From IMG/VR virus record IMGVR_UViG_3300006358_000001: 64,000 bases of DNA. The stretch is one strand, 5' to 3'. The position numbers and the translations under genes are program-made. Below, piece by piece: positions 37,584 to 46,888 of the stretch; the stretch's first letter is position 1; every line of letters starts with the position of its first letter. Source of the stretch: an uncultured virus (IMG/VR IMGVR_UViG_3300006358_000001) (Duplodnaviria > Heunggongvirae > Uroviricota > Caudoviricetes). The notes beneath the pieces were generated by a model. It saw only the letters and a list, made by a program, of their open reading frames with translations, did not search any database and was not told where the DNA came from.

Positions 37584-38282
37584 TTACTTGTTGTCGTTCG
37601 GGATCGGGTCCCTGCCGAGAATCGGTGGCCTACTGAAGATGATCTGACCCTTCTTGACCACCACCCAGTCTGACGAGGCGCGTATCTTCGCACCTTCCTT
37701 GTGCGAAGCAACTCTGACGTCCTTGCCGACGCGCAGCGTGTGCCCACCGTCTTTGTTCATGCGCGACTTGATCGTGGCCTTGTCGCCGCCGACGTGTCCC
37801 TTCTTCTTCTGCTTGCCACCGCCACCACCGCCGCCGCCTTGCTGTCCGCCGCCCTGTTGCTGCTGATCCTTCTCGTCGTCAGGCTGCAGCCAGTGATCGT
37901 GACCTTCCTTCGTGGTCTTGCCGCGATAGTCGTCCTGCTGATAGCTCTCCTCATCCTGCCCGCTGCTGTCGGCGTGCTCCGGCGTCTTGAAGTTCTTGCT
38001 TGGCGCATACGGCGCGATCATGCCCTGACCGATGTCGCCATTCGGGCAGACCAGCGACAGCGTCTGACCCTTCTTGAAGAAGCGTTGCTCGCGTGCGCCA
38101 CCGCGCATGTTGTTCGTGTTCAGCCAAGGCGACAGCACTTCCTTGCCGTCCTTGTCCTTGCCCATCATCACGCGCACCTTGGTGCCGTCCACCTCGTGCA
38201 CGGTGCCGGTCTGATGCGTGTTCGCGATCTGCCGACGCAGGTTCGCAACTTCCTGAAGCAGCCTCTGATAATCATCAGCCAT
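37584..38282 (-). CDS. Baseplate spike gpV-like protein
   Basis: GTVHEVD...SPWL...GQ...PNGD OB-fold pattern. Confidence 0.8.
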   Translation of the reverse strand: MADDYQRLLQEVANLRRQIANTHQTGTVHEVDGTKVRVMMGKDKDGKEVLSPWLNTNNMRGGAREQRFFKKGQTLSLVCPNGDIGQGMIAPYAPSKNFKTPEHADSSGQDEESYQQDDYRGKTTKEGHDHWLQPDDEKDQQQQGGGQQGGGGGGGGKQKKKGHVGGDKATIKSRMNKDGGHTLRVGKDVRVASHKEGAKIRASSDWVVVKKGQIIFSRPPILGRDPIPNDNK

Positions 38283-38291
38283 AGCAGCGCC

Positions 38292-38918
38292 TCATGACAG
38301 TTCGATCTTGATCTTGTTCGATGTGCCGTCGAGAATCTTCTGCGCCATCTGCCGCAAAGTCAGATCGACATCCAGCGACTGCTGCGACATCCGCTTGCTT
38401 GCGCTGGTGCCAGACAGCGACGTCATCGTCACCGGCATGCGCTTTCCCTTCTGAATGTACGGCAGGATGATGCAGCGGCAGTGCGGATGCTTCGGCACGT
38501 GCTGCTGAGCGACCGACATCGGCATCGGACCGGCGGCGGCAAGCTCTTCGCAATCCATGCAAACCAGTTCGTCCTGCTTCGAGACCACGATCACCATCAT
38601 GTTCGGATTGGTCTTGCCCAAGAAGTCGGTCCGCTCGCGACCGCCCTCCATCATCGGCTCGCCTTCCATCAAATCAGGATCGACCTTGATCTCGTAATTC
38701 ATATTACTGCGCGACGCCCGGCGAATGTCCATCACGCCGCGAACCTGTTCGAGCGGAAGACCGCTTTGCTTCGACAAGCTCTGCGCGATCAGCGCCGACA
38801 GGCTGTCGCCGACTTCGTTGAGGCCTGCCGCGATGAGTGGCGTGGTCACCTTCTGCGCCCTCGACAGCGCATCGACGAAATCGATAAGCTCTCTCGTATC
38901 GACGTTAATCTTCAGCAT
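38292..38918 (-). CDS. Tail completion (lambda gpZ-like) protein with a MuF-type Cys/His C-terminal motif
   Basis: AAGLNEVG N-terminal helix; DELVCMDC...HPHCRC. Confidence 0.6.
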   Translation of the reverse strand: MLKINVDTRELIDFVDALSRAQKVTTPLIAAGLNEVGDSLSALIAQSLSKQSGLPLEQVRGVMDIRRASRSNMNYEIKVDPDLMEGEPMMEGGRERTDFLGKTNPNMMVIVVSKQDELVCMDCEELAAAGPMPMSVAQQHVPKHPHCRCIILPYIQKGKRMPVTMTSLSGTSASKRMSQQSLDVDLTLRQMAQKILDGTSNKIKIELS

Positions 38919-39834
38919 CGCCCATCTCGACCTTGTCCTTCTTCTCCTTCGGCTCGACGGTGCCGACGTTGGTCGAGATCGTCTTCTCTTCCGTGAGGCC
39001 AATCTCCGGATTGGGCTCCCAGTCGAAGTCGTCAGCGCCAATGCTGCGCAGGATCGGTGCCTCGCCCTTCTTGTCGGTGAGATCGGGACCATGCATCGTC
39101 GCGAAGCGAGACAGCGGACCAGCCGACAGCGGCGCGAGACCAGCCGCGCGAAGACCGATGCGCCTGACGCCGAACACTGCCTGCACTTGCTCCCACTTTG
39201 GCGCGACCCGTGCGCCAACCAGAGCCCTGCAGATTTCCGCGATAGGCTCCATCCCTGCATCCGGATAATCGCTCGACGTGCGAATGAACAACTGGATCGG
39301 ATGATCGTGCGGCACCGGCACACCGTGTGGAATATCGCTCACCACGTCGCAGACAAACGACAACTGACGCGCCGCCCACCTGCGATCTCGATCAGCGCTT
39401 GCACCACGCTGGCCAGCGACACGCTGCACCCGCATGACCAAGCTCTTCAGTAGTTCGGACCAGCCGGACTGCGCGTCGCCGAACAGCGCAGCAATCGCCT
39501 GCTCCTCGACCATGTCGAGCGCGATCTCCATGCCTTCATCAGTCAACGGTGTCTTGATCGTCTCTTCGCCGGTCTGCCCTTCGACCTTCGACGCAACGCC
39601 GATCTCCAGCACCAGATTGAGTTCACGCGTCATGCCATAGACGTCGGTGCCGTTCTGATCCACTCGGCTGTCGCTGTCGGTATAGACAACGATGTAAGGC
39701 TTCGCCGCAGCGTTCAGCGTGAGCGCTTGGCTCAGCGGCGTATTGTCGGAGTCGAACACGCGATCATCTGCCCACGTCGATCCACGCAGCGCAGCAACAG
39801 CGGACATCCGTGTCAGCATGCGCGTGATGCTCAA
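38905..39834 (-). CDS. Tail terminator-like neck protein
   Basis: TWADDRVFDS, PYIVVYTD; position in the neck cluster. Confidence 0.65.
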   Translation of the reverse strand: MSITRMLTRMSAVAALRGSTWADDRVFDSDNTPLSQALTLNAAAKPYIVVYTDSDSRVDQNGTDVYGMTRELNLVLEIGVASKVEGQTGEETIKTPLTDEGMEIALDMVEEQAIAALFGDAQSGWSELLKSLVMRVQRVAGQRGASADRDRRWAARQLSFVCDVVSDIPHGVPVPHDHPIQLFIRTSSDYPDAGMEPIAEICRALVGARVAPKWEQVQAVFGVRRIGLRAAGLAPLSAGPLSRFATMHGPDLTDKKGEAPILRSIGADDFDWEPNPEIGLTEEKTISTNVGTVEPKEKKDKVEMGDAED

Positions 39835-40232
39835 GGGTTGATCTCCGCTACATCTTCGAGCACGCGGACCAGATGCACATCTGGGCGACCGCCGGGATCA
39901 GGATGGATGAACGTCACGTCGTACATCTCCTTGCGATCCGGAAAGTAGACCCGGTCGCCCTTGCGAAGCTGCACGCGTTGAATGTGCTCGTCTCGGATCG
40001 ATAGCGAGACGTCCACCGTCGCCTGACGATGGATCGCTCCGCCGCCTGTCGGCTCCTCAGCGCCGCGTGTCGAGTCGTAGATGCCGACCGCGATTGTCTC
40101 GATGCGATCAGGATCAGGGATCGCTTCGCGCATGCCACGGCTCTGCGTCTTCATCGGCTTCAGCACGACGGGCTCGCCGAAGACGCTGTCAACGCGATTG
40201 TCGAGCGGCTTGGTGTCGTTGTAGGTGCTCAT
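39831..40232 (-). CDS. Head-tail joining (closure) protein
   Basis: VDSVFGEPV...RKGDRV...PDPGG. Confidence 0.7.
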   Translation of the reverse strand: MSTYNDTKPLDNRVDSVFGEPVVLKPMKTQSRGMREAIPDPDRIETIAVGIYDSTRGAEEPTGGGAIHRQATVDVSLSIRDEHIQRVQLRKGDRVYFPDRKEMYDVTFIHPDPGGRPDVHLVRVLEDVAEINP

Positions 40233-40612
40233 CCGTGCTCAATCGTTGCGTAGACGATGGTGACCTGCTTGCCGATTTCCAGCACGTTATTGTCGAGGAT
40301 GATCTCGAAGTCGTGCACCTCGTCTTCGGTGACATCGACGCCGATGCTCATCTCGTCGATCACGAGATTGCCGCTGCCATCGCTGATGGTGCCGATCACC
40401 GCGATGCCTTGTATCGCGACGAACGCTGTCGTCGGTGCTGCCAACTGCAGATCAGCGCCGACCAGATAGAACGACGGCTTCGTAAGGAGGAGCGTCGCGA
40501 GGATCACGCGCTCATCGTTGCGAAGCTCGATGGTGCCCGGACCATTGCCGCCGTCGATTGCGTCGAGCACCTGCATCATGCGGGCGCGTTTAACTGGGAG
40601 CGTGTATTCCAT
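40229..40612 (-). CDS. Putative virion structural protein
   Basis: Beta-rich ORF in the neck cluster. Confidence 0.6.
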   Translation of the reverse strand: MEYTLPVKRARMMQVLDAIDGGNGPGTIELRNDERVILATLLLTKPSFYLVGADLQLAAPTTAFVAIQGIAVIGTISDGSGNLVIDEMSIGVDVTEDEVHDFEIILDNNVLEIGKQVTIVYATIEHG

Positions 40613-41073
40613 CAGATCACCGCCACATGTGGTGCGTTGCGCCGCAAGAATGAAAGATACAGTTGACCGTATGGCGTGGACTTCCAGAAGTCCGTGGCCG
40701 ACGACTGGCCCGGACCAGCGCTGCTACTCTCGCTGCTGTCGGTGCCGACGCGATCATAGGTGACAGAGCGATCACGGAAGCGAACACTCTTCACCCAGAT
40801 CAGGCCGACGTCAGGGTCGGTGACGCTGCCGCCACCGCCCGTCCCGCCGCCGCCTGTGATCATGCCGCCGGTCGCCCTGTCGTTGAGCGTCAGGTAGTGA
40901 GCGGCGGCATACATCACAGCCATCTTCATATCAGGCCAGAACCACCAGACATCGACCCAAGTCATGCCGGTGTCGATGGCCATTTGAATCTGATCATCGG
41001 TCGCCGTCGAGAACTGCGGAAACGCTTTCCGGAATTCTTCGACGGTCGGCGGCATGTTGGTTGCGATGGCCAT
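40612..41073 (-). CDS. DUF4054-like head-tail adaptor
   Basis: FRKAFPQF, YAAAHYL, STPYGQLY. Confidence 0.85.
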   Translation of the reverse strand: MAIATNMPPTVEEFRKAFPQFSTATDDQIQMAIDTGMTWVDVWWFWPDMKMAVMYAAAHYLTLNDRATGGMITGGGGTGGGGSVTDPDVGLIWVKSVRFRDRSVTYDRVGTDSSESSSAGPGQSSATDFWKSTPYGQLYLSFLRRNAPHVAVI

Positions 41074-41078
41074 AGGTC

Positions 41079-41354
41079 TCAGCCCTTTCTCGCTTCAGCC
41101 TTCGGAGGTTCAGCCTTCGGAGGTTCGTTCTTCGGTGGCTCATCCTTCTTCGCTTCCTTCGGCGGCTTCCCACCAGCGCCACCCGTAAGCTCGTAAGGCT
41201 TCGGGTCGCACTTCGCGAGGATCGCTTCCAGCTTCGCGTAGTAAGGTTCGGTCATGGGGATATCGGCCTCAGCCCCACGCTGAACGACGACGTTGTTTCC
41301 AGCGTCGTCGAAGAAGCCCATAGGCTGCTTGCCGATGTTCTTGATGTGAGCCAT
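41079..41354 (-). CDS. Small capsid-adjacent protein with an EPPK repeat tail
   Basis: GGGAG RBS; 15-bp tandem repeats at 41094-41138. Confidence 0.65.
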   Translation of the reverse strand: MAHIKNIGKQPMGFFDDAGNNVVVQRGAEADIPMTEPYYAKLEAILAKCDPKPYELTGGAGGKPPKEAKKDEPPKNEPPKAEPPKAEARKG

Positions 41355-41386
41355 GTAGTCTCCCTGATGTTGCGACTGCTGAGGAC

Positions 41387-42343
41387 TCAGCAGCCGTCGC
41401 TGTACCGCATCGCTGCGGGCATACGCACCTCGACTCCGCCGAGACGGAAGATGCCGGGCACGTCGAACACCAACGGCCCACGCTGCCACACCGGCAGGAA
41501 GTGATGAGCCATCGGAATCCACATCTTCAGCACCTGCGGATCGCGACGATAGGTCACCATGCGCGAGATGCCGCCGACGCCTGCGGTCTCAAGACCGCGA
41601 ACGCCCATCAGCGTGATCGGTGCGCCGGTCTGCACCGTGAGCACGTTGTACTGCTTGATCCATTCAAGCAGCGTGACGTTCGTGTACTGGATCACGCGAC
41701 CTGCGAGACCGAGTAGCACGGCAGGCGGAAGCAGCACCGTGTCGGCGTAGTAGAGCCAGTTGGTGCCCTGCGCGATTCCCATCATCGCGCTGTTGATGTC
41801 GCGGATGACCTGTTCGTTGGTCTTATCCGCGAACTCGGTGCCACCTGTCAGACCGTCGGCAGGCAGCGTCGTTGCTGCGACCTGCGTCGAGTTGATCAGG
41901 CCCTGCATGTTCTTCGCTGGCGCACCGCGCAATGCGATGTTGTCAACGAACTCCTCGTAGGCGCGACGGCAAGCGACCGCCTTGTCTGCGGTGAGGTTGA
42001 GGCCCGGCGTGTTCATTGCCGTTGCGACCTCTTCGAGAGTGTAGCGATAACCAATCGCTGCCATCTCGATCCCGCGCTCGAACTTGTCGCGGGTCAGTTC
42101 AGCCAGCGGCACGTCGAGTGCGGTGTGGTGAAACCAATCCGCAGCACCAACCATGTCTTGGCTGTAATAAGTTATAGATTTAACCCACTCGTTGCCGGTG
42201 GTGGTGTCCACCGGCACGAGGTCCGGATACTGCACCTCCGGATACTGAATCTTGACGACCTGCGTTTCAATCGCAGACGTCTGGTTCACAACAAAGTTGT
42301 AAGCACTTTGCTGTGCGTCTCTCGTAAACATGTTGAAGTTCAT
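41387..42343 (-). CDS. Major capsid protein (DUF2184-type, HK97 fold)
   Basis: YPEVQYPDLVPV, IGYRYTLEE, GGVEVRMP; AGGAGG RBS. Confidence 0.92.
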   Translation of the reverse strand: MNFNMFTRDAQQSAYNFVVNQTSAIETQVVKIQYPEVQYPDLVPVDTTTGNEWVKSITYYSQDMVGAADWFHHTALDVPLAELTRDKFERGIEMAAIGYRYTLEEVATAMNTPGLNLTADKAVACRRAYEEFVDNIALRGAPAKNMQGLINSTQVAATTLPADGLTGGTEFADKTNEQVIRDINSAMMGIAQGTNWLYYADTVLLPPAVLLGLAGRVIQYTNVTLLEWIKQYNVLTVQTGAPITLMGVRGLETAGVGGISRMVTYRRDPQVLKMWIPMAHHFLPVWQRGPLVFDVPGIFRLGGVEVRMPAAMRYSDGC

Positions 42344-42397
42344 CTCCGCCTCCTTGACGGTTGAAAGTCTGTGAAGAGCAAACGTCGAAAGAAGACG

Positions 42398-43003
42398 TTA
42401 GGTCTGGATGCCCAACTGGACGACGTTAAGTTCGCCAGCCGCGCGAGTGTACTTCCAGCGACCGCCGGGCACCGGACCGGCACCGACACTCGCGAGAATT
42501 CCGTCAGCCGCTCCGTAGAACAGCGGATCGCCGGACAGGACGGCGGTGTCGCAGATCGCGAACATCTCGCCCTTCGTCAGCACGCCCATGTTCGAGTAGG
42601 GCGGATAAGCGTCCTGCGGAACGCCGACCACCGTGAGCGGGACGATCACCGTCGGATCGAGGATCGTGATGCCGACGAACTGCTGAACCGCACCGCCGAG
42701 CGTCGCGCCGATGTCAGACGACTGCGACTGGCAAACAGCGCGGCAAGCCGGGATCGGCACTTGCTCTGCCGAACGCGTCACCGCGTTGTAGTCCACCATC
42801 CGGTTGATCATGCCGGGAATGCCAGCACGCATGTGCTCCGGAAACTCAGACTGCACCACGCGGTGCGCGGGAGCGAGTTGACTCTCCGCGCCGACGCCAG
42901 CCTTCGTCTGCGGCAGCTTCGCGTCAGCCACCTTCGTATCACCGGGATGCCCGGTCGCTGCACGCGGAGGCGTCGCAGTCTGATTAGCTTGATGTTCTGC
43001 CAT
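42398..43003 (-). CDS. Capsid decoration/cement protein
   Basis: Lies between DUF2213 and the major capsid gene; GIPGM, FVGIT, GVLTKGEM. Confidence 0.75.
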   Translation of the reverse strand: MAEHQANQTATPPRAATGHPGDTKVADAKLPQTKAGVGAESQLAPAHRVVQSEFPEHMRAGIPGMINRMVDYNAVTRSAEQVPIPACRAVCQSQSSDIGATLGGAVQQFVGITILDPTVIVPLTVVGVPQDAYPPYSNMGVLTKGEMFAICDTAVLSGDPLFYGAADGILASVGAGPVPGGRWKYTRAAGELNVVQLGIQT

Positions 43004-43053
43004 TGAAGTAACTCCTGTTGAGAATTGAACGGAGAGAGAAGGTGAAGGCGCGA

Positions 43054-44241
43054 TTACGCCTTCTGCCTGCCCGCAGTCTTCCAGCGATTCTGGATGTTCT
43101 CGTCGTACTCGCTGTACGCCTTCGCACGCGGATCACCGATGCCGGTGTCGTTGGTGCGCATCACGCCGATGACGTGATTGAGGCTGTTGTGCCCGCCGCT
43201 GTCAGGCAGCACCGCCAGCGTATTGAACGAGGCAGTGATCATGTCGTCGTTCCAGTCCTTGGCGGTGTCGCCCATCTTGGCGGCGACGACCTGACGACGC
43301 ATGTCGGCATCGGTCTTGCCGTCGATGACGAGCGCATCGCCGATGATCGCCTTCGCACGCGTCACCGTGGCGGCGCGATCCGACACCAGCTTGTCGATCT
43401 GGGCCGGTGTCAGCTTCGCATCGCCAAGCTGCTTCTTCAGCGTCTCGATCTCGGCGAGCTTGGTCTGCACTTCGGCCTTCGCGTTCGCCGCTTCGGTCCG
43501 TGCAGTGGCGACGTCGTTCTGCGACGTTGTCTGCGCCGCCGCTAGTGCGGTCTGTGCAGCGGCGACTTCAGCTTGCAGATTAGCAATCCGACGCTCGACG
43601 ACCTGCACGTCACGCTCTTCCATTTCAACCGAGATGCCGTCCACTTGAATCGTTCTGGTAGCCATGTTCGTTCTCCTTTGATGATCAACATTGTCGCCCA
43701 TACGCAGCTTGGGTCCACCTCGTGCGGTATGGGTGATCGCAACGTGGTTGGCACGAATCGCTGTTTGCGTGACATCGTACTTCTCACCATCCTTGGTCAC
43801 ACCGTCGGCCCACTGTAGCTGCGCACTGTAGCCGACCGACAGTTGAGACTTCCCGGCCTTCACGACCTCGATGGCTTCAGCATCCATCAGGATCAGCGGC
43901 ACGCGGATGAACTCGCCATCACGCACGATCTCATCGTCGAGACGACCGACGGCATACTTGCGCCAGTTCTTTGCGGTGACGGGTTCGGATGGATGCTCGA
44001 CGGTGACCGGCTTGTGAGCCAGCGACGACATTGCATCAGCGGAGAACACTTCGGTCTCAGGTCGATAGACCCGGACCTCCTTGAGATCGGGACGACCGAC
44101 TTCGCGGCCCTGATAAATCTGGATGCCGGTGCGTGCGATGCGCGGGCGGCAGATCATGTAGCCGTCGCCGGTCTCGCGAAGACCGTTCTCGTCGGCGAAC
44201 ATCTTGGAGTCTAGCGCGAACGTCTCGGTGAAATCAGGCAT
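43054..44241 (-). CDS. DUF2213 prohead protease/scaffold
   Basis: IARTGIQIY, PVTVEHP, LSVGY, NHVAI...ARGG; coiled-coil C-terminal half. Confidence 0.9.
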   Translation of the reverse strand: MPDFTETFALDSKMFADENGLRETGDGYMICRPRIARTGIQIYQGREVGRPDLKEVRVYRPETEVFSADAMSSLAHKPVTVEHPSEPVTAKNWRKYAVGRLDDEIVRDGEFIRVPLILMDAEAIEVVKAGKSQLSVGYSAQLQWADGVTKDGEKYDVTQTAIRANHVAITHTARGGPKLRMGDNVDHQRRTNMATRTIQVDGISVEMEERDVQVVERRIANLQAEVAAAQTALAAAQTTSQNDVATARTEAANAKAEVQTKLAEIETLKKQLGDAKLTPAQIDKLVSDRAATVTRAKAIIGDALVIDGKTDADMRRQVVAAKMGDTAKDWNDDMITASFNTLAVLPDSGGHNSLNHVIGVMRTNDTGIGDPRAKAYSEYDENIQNRWKTAGRQKA

Positions 44242-44243
44242 GC

Positions 44244-44669
44244 TTACTTGTCCTTCTGTGGCGCGTTCAATTCTTCCTTGCGCCTGAACTCTTTGATCTC
44301 TTCGGCCAGCACCGTAACGCGGTTGCACATCTCTGTCAGTTCAGGATGACTCAATTCCGCTGGCGCACGTAGCCCCAACAGTTTCTCGTTGCGACCGTCG
44401 AGACCGTAGACAATGAACACGCTGTGCCGCGCCTGCGCACCATAGCGGTGACCTTCGAGCACAATACACGGCGCGTGCGCATCGAGGATGATCGCCGACG
44501 ACATGAACTCGCGCCTGAACGCGATGTCGGTCATGAACTTGTAGGCGAAGTATGCCGGGATCGCGATCAGCACGGTCAGCAACAGCATCAGGATGTTCGT
44601 CAGGCTCATCGACCTGATGACGCCGAACGCCCGCTCCAGTATGCCGGTCTGGCCTTGCTCCACTTCCAT
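44244..44669 (-). CDS. Membrane protein
   Basis: Hydrophobic segment LTNILMLLLTVLIAIPAYFAY. Confidence 0.65.
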   Translation of the reverse strand: MEVEQGQTGILERAFGVIRSMSLTNILMLLLTVLIAIPAYFAYKFMTDIAFRREFMSSAIILDAHAPCIVLEGHRYGAQARHSVFIVYGLDGRNEKLLGLRAPAELSHPELTEMCNRVTVLAEEIKEFRRKEELNAPQKDK

Positions 44670-44675
44670 CTCCTG

Positions 44676-45098
44676 TCACGTCGGCTTCGGCGGCGGCAGT
44701 TGATCCGGACCAGTGATCGGCAAGCCGCGATAGTCCGGCACGTTCGTCGGCGCTTCGCCCTTCTGCGGGATCATGCGTGCCGGAGGATTCTGGATGTCTT
44801 CGGTGCGCCACTTCTCGACGAAGAGCGGCAAGGCTTCGAGGATCGTGCGCCAACTGATCGAGGTGCCACCGGCAACCTCGACCGTCGCGTCCATCACGTC
44901 CTCGTTGTTGCGCGTGACGCTGTCGCCCGGAATGGCTCCGTAGGCTTTCCCGGTGCCAAACAGGCTGGTGCCGCCGGGCTCAGCGATCAGAACCTCGCCG
45001 TTGCCTCTCACGGTGCCACCACTCCTGTGGTCGTGAGGCGTGTCGATCTCGACACGCCCGACCCGCCACGTCGCATCGACGCTGGTCGTAATGGTCAT
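44676..45098 (-). CDS. Hypothetical protein
   Basis: Coupled ORF. Confidence 0.6.
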   Translation of the reverse strand: MTITTSVDATWRVGRVEIDTPHDHRSGGTVRGNGEVLIAEPGGTSLFGTGKAYGAIPGDSVTRNNEDVMDATVEVAGGTSISWRTILEALPLFVEKWRTEDIQNPPARMIPQKGEAPTNVPDYRGLPITGPDQLPPPKPT

Positions 45099-45415
45099 TG
45101 GCGCAACTCACGATGACCGTTGAGCGAACGCGCATCCGTGGCCGGATCAGGCACGGGAGAGCGCGACGGCGACGGCGGCGGGACGTCAGGCGACGGACCG
45201 GGATTAGCGGGATCGTTCGGCCCGCGCGTCGGGTTCGGCTGCGGCACCGGCCTGTCGTCAGGCTGCGGCACCGGCTGTTGCTGCCCGCCGCTCTGCTGCA
45301 TCTCCAGCATGCTCTTGAGCACGATGGTCTGCATCAGGAGTTCGCCCAGTTGCTGGCGGACTTCCTTCTCGACCCTCTGGCTTAGCTGCTGTGCTCGATC
45401 TTGTGCACGATCCAT
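45095..45415 (-). CDS. Pro-rich hypothetical protein
   Basis: GGGAGA RBS; helical N-terminus and Pro-rich tail. Confidence 0.55.
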   Translation of the reverse strand: MDRAQDRAQQLSQRVEKEVRQQLGELLMQTIVLKSMLEMQQSGGQQQPVPQPDDRPVPQPNPTRGPNDPANPGPSPDVPPPSPSRSPVPDPATDARSLNGHRELRQ

Positions 45416-45459
45416 TTACTTCTTCTCCCTTTATTTCACGCACCATGCGTGGCCTTCAC

Positions 45460-46470
45460 TCATAGCGTGCTGCTCAACTCCATCAAGCCCGCAGTCGTCG
45501 GCAGTAACGGATAGATGCGGATTGCCTGCAGGTCGGTGCCGTTCTCATAGATGCTCTCCCACGGAGCCGGTCGATCCGCCGCGATCAATGTGCCTTCGAC
45601 CTGACCGAAGCCGTTGCACGCCACCTCGATCCGCGTCTGCGTGATCGTGACAGCGATCCGGTTCAGCATGCTGGTGTAGTAGACGCTGGGCAATGTCAGA
45701 GCGAGGCCAGTCGGCGTCTGGATCAGTATGTTCGACCCGCTCGCCTTGATGTCCAGCCCACTGAGTCCGTCGGCTGACCTGATCGTGAATTGTGGAGGAA
45801 GATCGCCAGTCGGCGCTGGCATGAAGTCCACGGTGAACGTGACGTCGGCGAGCAATGCCGTCTTCAGTGCGCCGATGTAGGCTGGCACCATCGCGCTCGT
45901 GGCATCTCGATAATCATAGCCGGTCGCGGACAGTCCAGTCGGATCGTAGCCGGAGTTCATCACCAGAGGATCAGCGCCGATCATGCTGCCGATGCCGGTG
46001 GCGCTGCCATCGCCTTCGGTCGTGCCATCCCATGATCGACCCGGCGCGATGAAGTCGATGGCGAGTAGCGCATCCGCTGGCACCCATTCTGGTTTGCCAG
46101 CGGGAGGAGGAGCGGCAGAGAACACGATGGGGACCGACGTCGAGACGTTCGCGCCGTTGCGCACGTAGACCATCTTGGTGCCATCGACCGCAGGCGGCGT
46201 GACGGCTTGAGCCACCAGTATCGTTGCGTCAACGAATGTCGTCGGCACATCGGACCCGCCGTAATTGATGACGCTGTCCGCGAGGAAGTTGGTGCCGACC
46301 ACCGTCAGCACGAATGCCGCGCTGCCTGTCACCACCTCAGTCGGATCAATGGCGGTGATCGTCGGCGGCGGCGGCGGCAGTAGACCGCAAGTCCATCGCC
46401 CTCCGTCCCACGTCCACTTGCTGTAGACTTGGCCGTAGACTGGTGCGCTGGGGAAATCGAGTACCGCCAT
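45460..46470 (-). CDS. Fibre-associated protein: N-terminal FPxxP/WDG motif + IPT/TIG-like Ig domain + beta-rich C-terminal domain
   Basis: LDFPSAP...WTWDGGRW; PTITAIDP...LTVVGTNF...TTFVDAT. Confidence 0.75.
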   Translation of the reverse strand: MAVLDFPSAPVYGQVYSKWTWDGGRWTCGLLPPPPPTITAIDPTEVVTGSAAFVLTVVGTNFLADSVINYGGSDVPTTFVDATILVAQAVTPPAVDGTKMVYVRNGANVSTSVPIVFSAAPPPAGKPEWVPADALLAIDFIAPGRSWDGTTEGDGSATGIGSMIGADPLVMNSGYDPTGLSATGYDYRDATSAMVPAYIGALKTALLADVTFTVDFMPAPTGDLPPQFTIRSADGLSGLDIKASGSNILIQTPTGLALTLPSVYYTSMLNRIAVTITQTRIEVACNGFGQVEGTLIAADRPAPWESIYENGTDLQAIRIYPLLPTTAGLMELSSTL

Positions 46471-46471
46471 A

Positions 46472-46888
46472 TTAAATCCTCACCGCTCTGAGCGTTATGC
46501 TGGCGTGCGCCAACGTAACATCAACCACGCTTGGTGCCATCACCTGAAGAAGATCGCCGGGATCGAGAAGCGCCGTCACGTATCCGGAGAACATGACGTG
46601 GAATAGCTGCGTCGCCTTGAACACCGCCACGCCGATCACTGTCATCTTGCCCATCGGATCGATCCGCCTGATCTGGAATTGCGCGTCGGCAGTTGGTGCC
46701 GACTCACAGAAGCCACGTGATCCTACGAAGTCGATCTCCACCGCGTCCACCATTGGCACATTGATGCGCCACGTCGGCGAGCCCGGAAACTGAAACACTA
46801 TCGGCGCAGTCGGCACCAGCGCAGGATCGCGCCGCAGATGCCGCTCCGGCTTGATCAGTGTCGAGACGATCCGGACCGGCCCGCTCAT
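46472..46888 (-). CDS. Putative virion structural protein
   Basis: Beta-rich ORF coupled within the fibre cluster. Confidence 0.6.
   Translation of the reverse strand: MSGPVRIVSTLIKPERHLRRDPALVPTAPIVFQFPGSPTWRINVPMVDAVEIDFVGSRGFCESAPTADAQFQIRRIDPMGKMTVIGVAVFKATQLFHVMFSGYVTALLDPGDLLQVMAPSVVDVTLAHASITLRAVRI

Noticed and set aside
37136..41138. 15-bp tandem repeats at ~37140-37175 and 41094-41138
   Set aside because: They encode ordinary low-complexity K/P/E tails.
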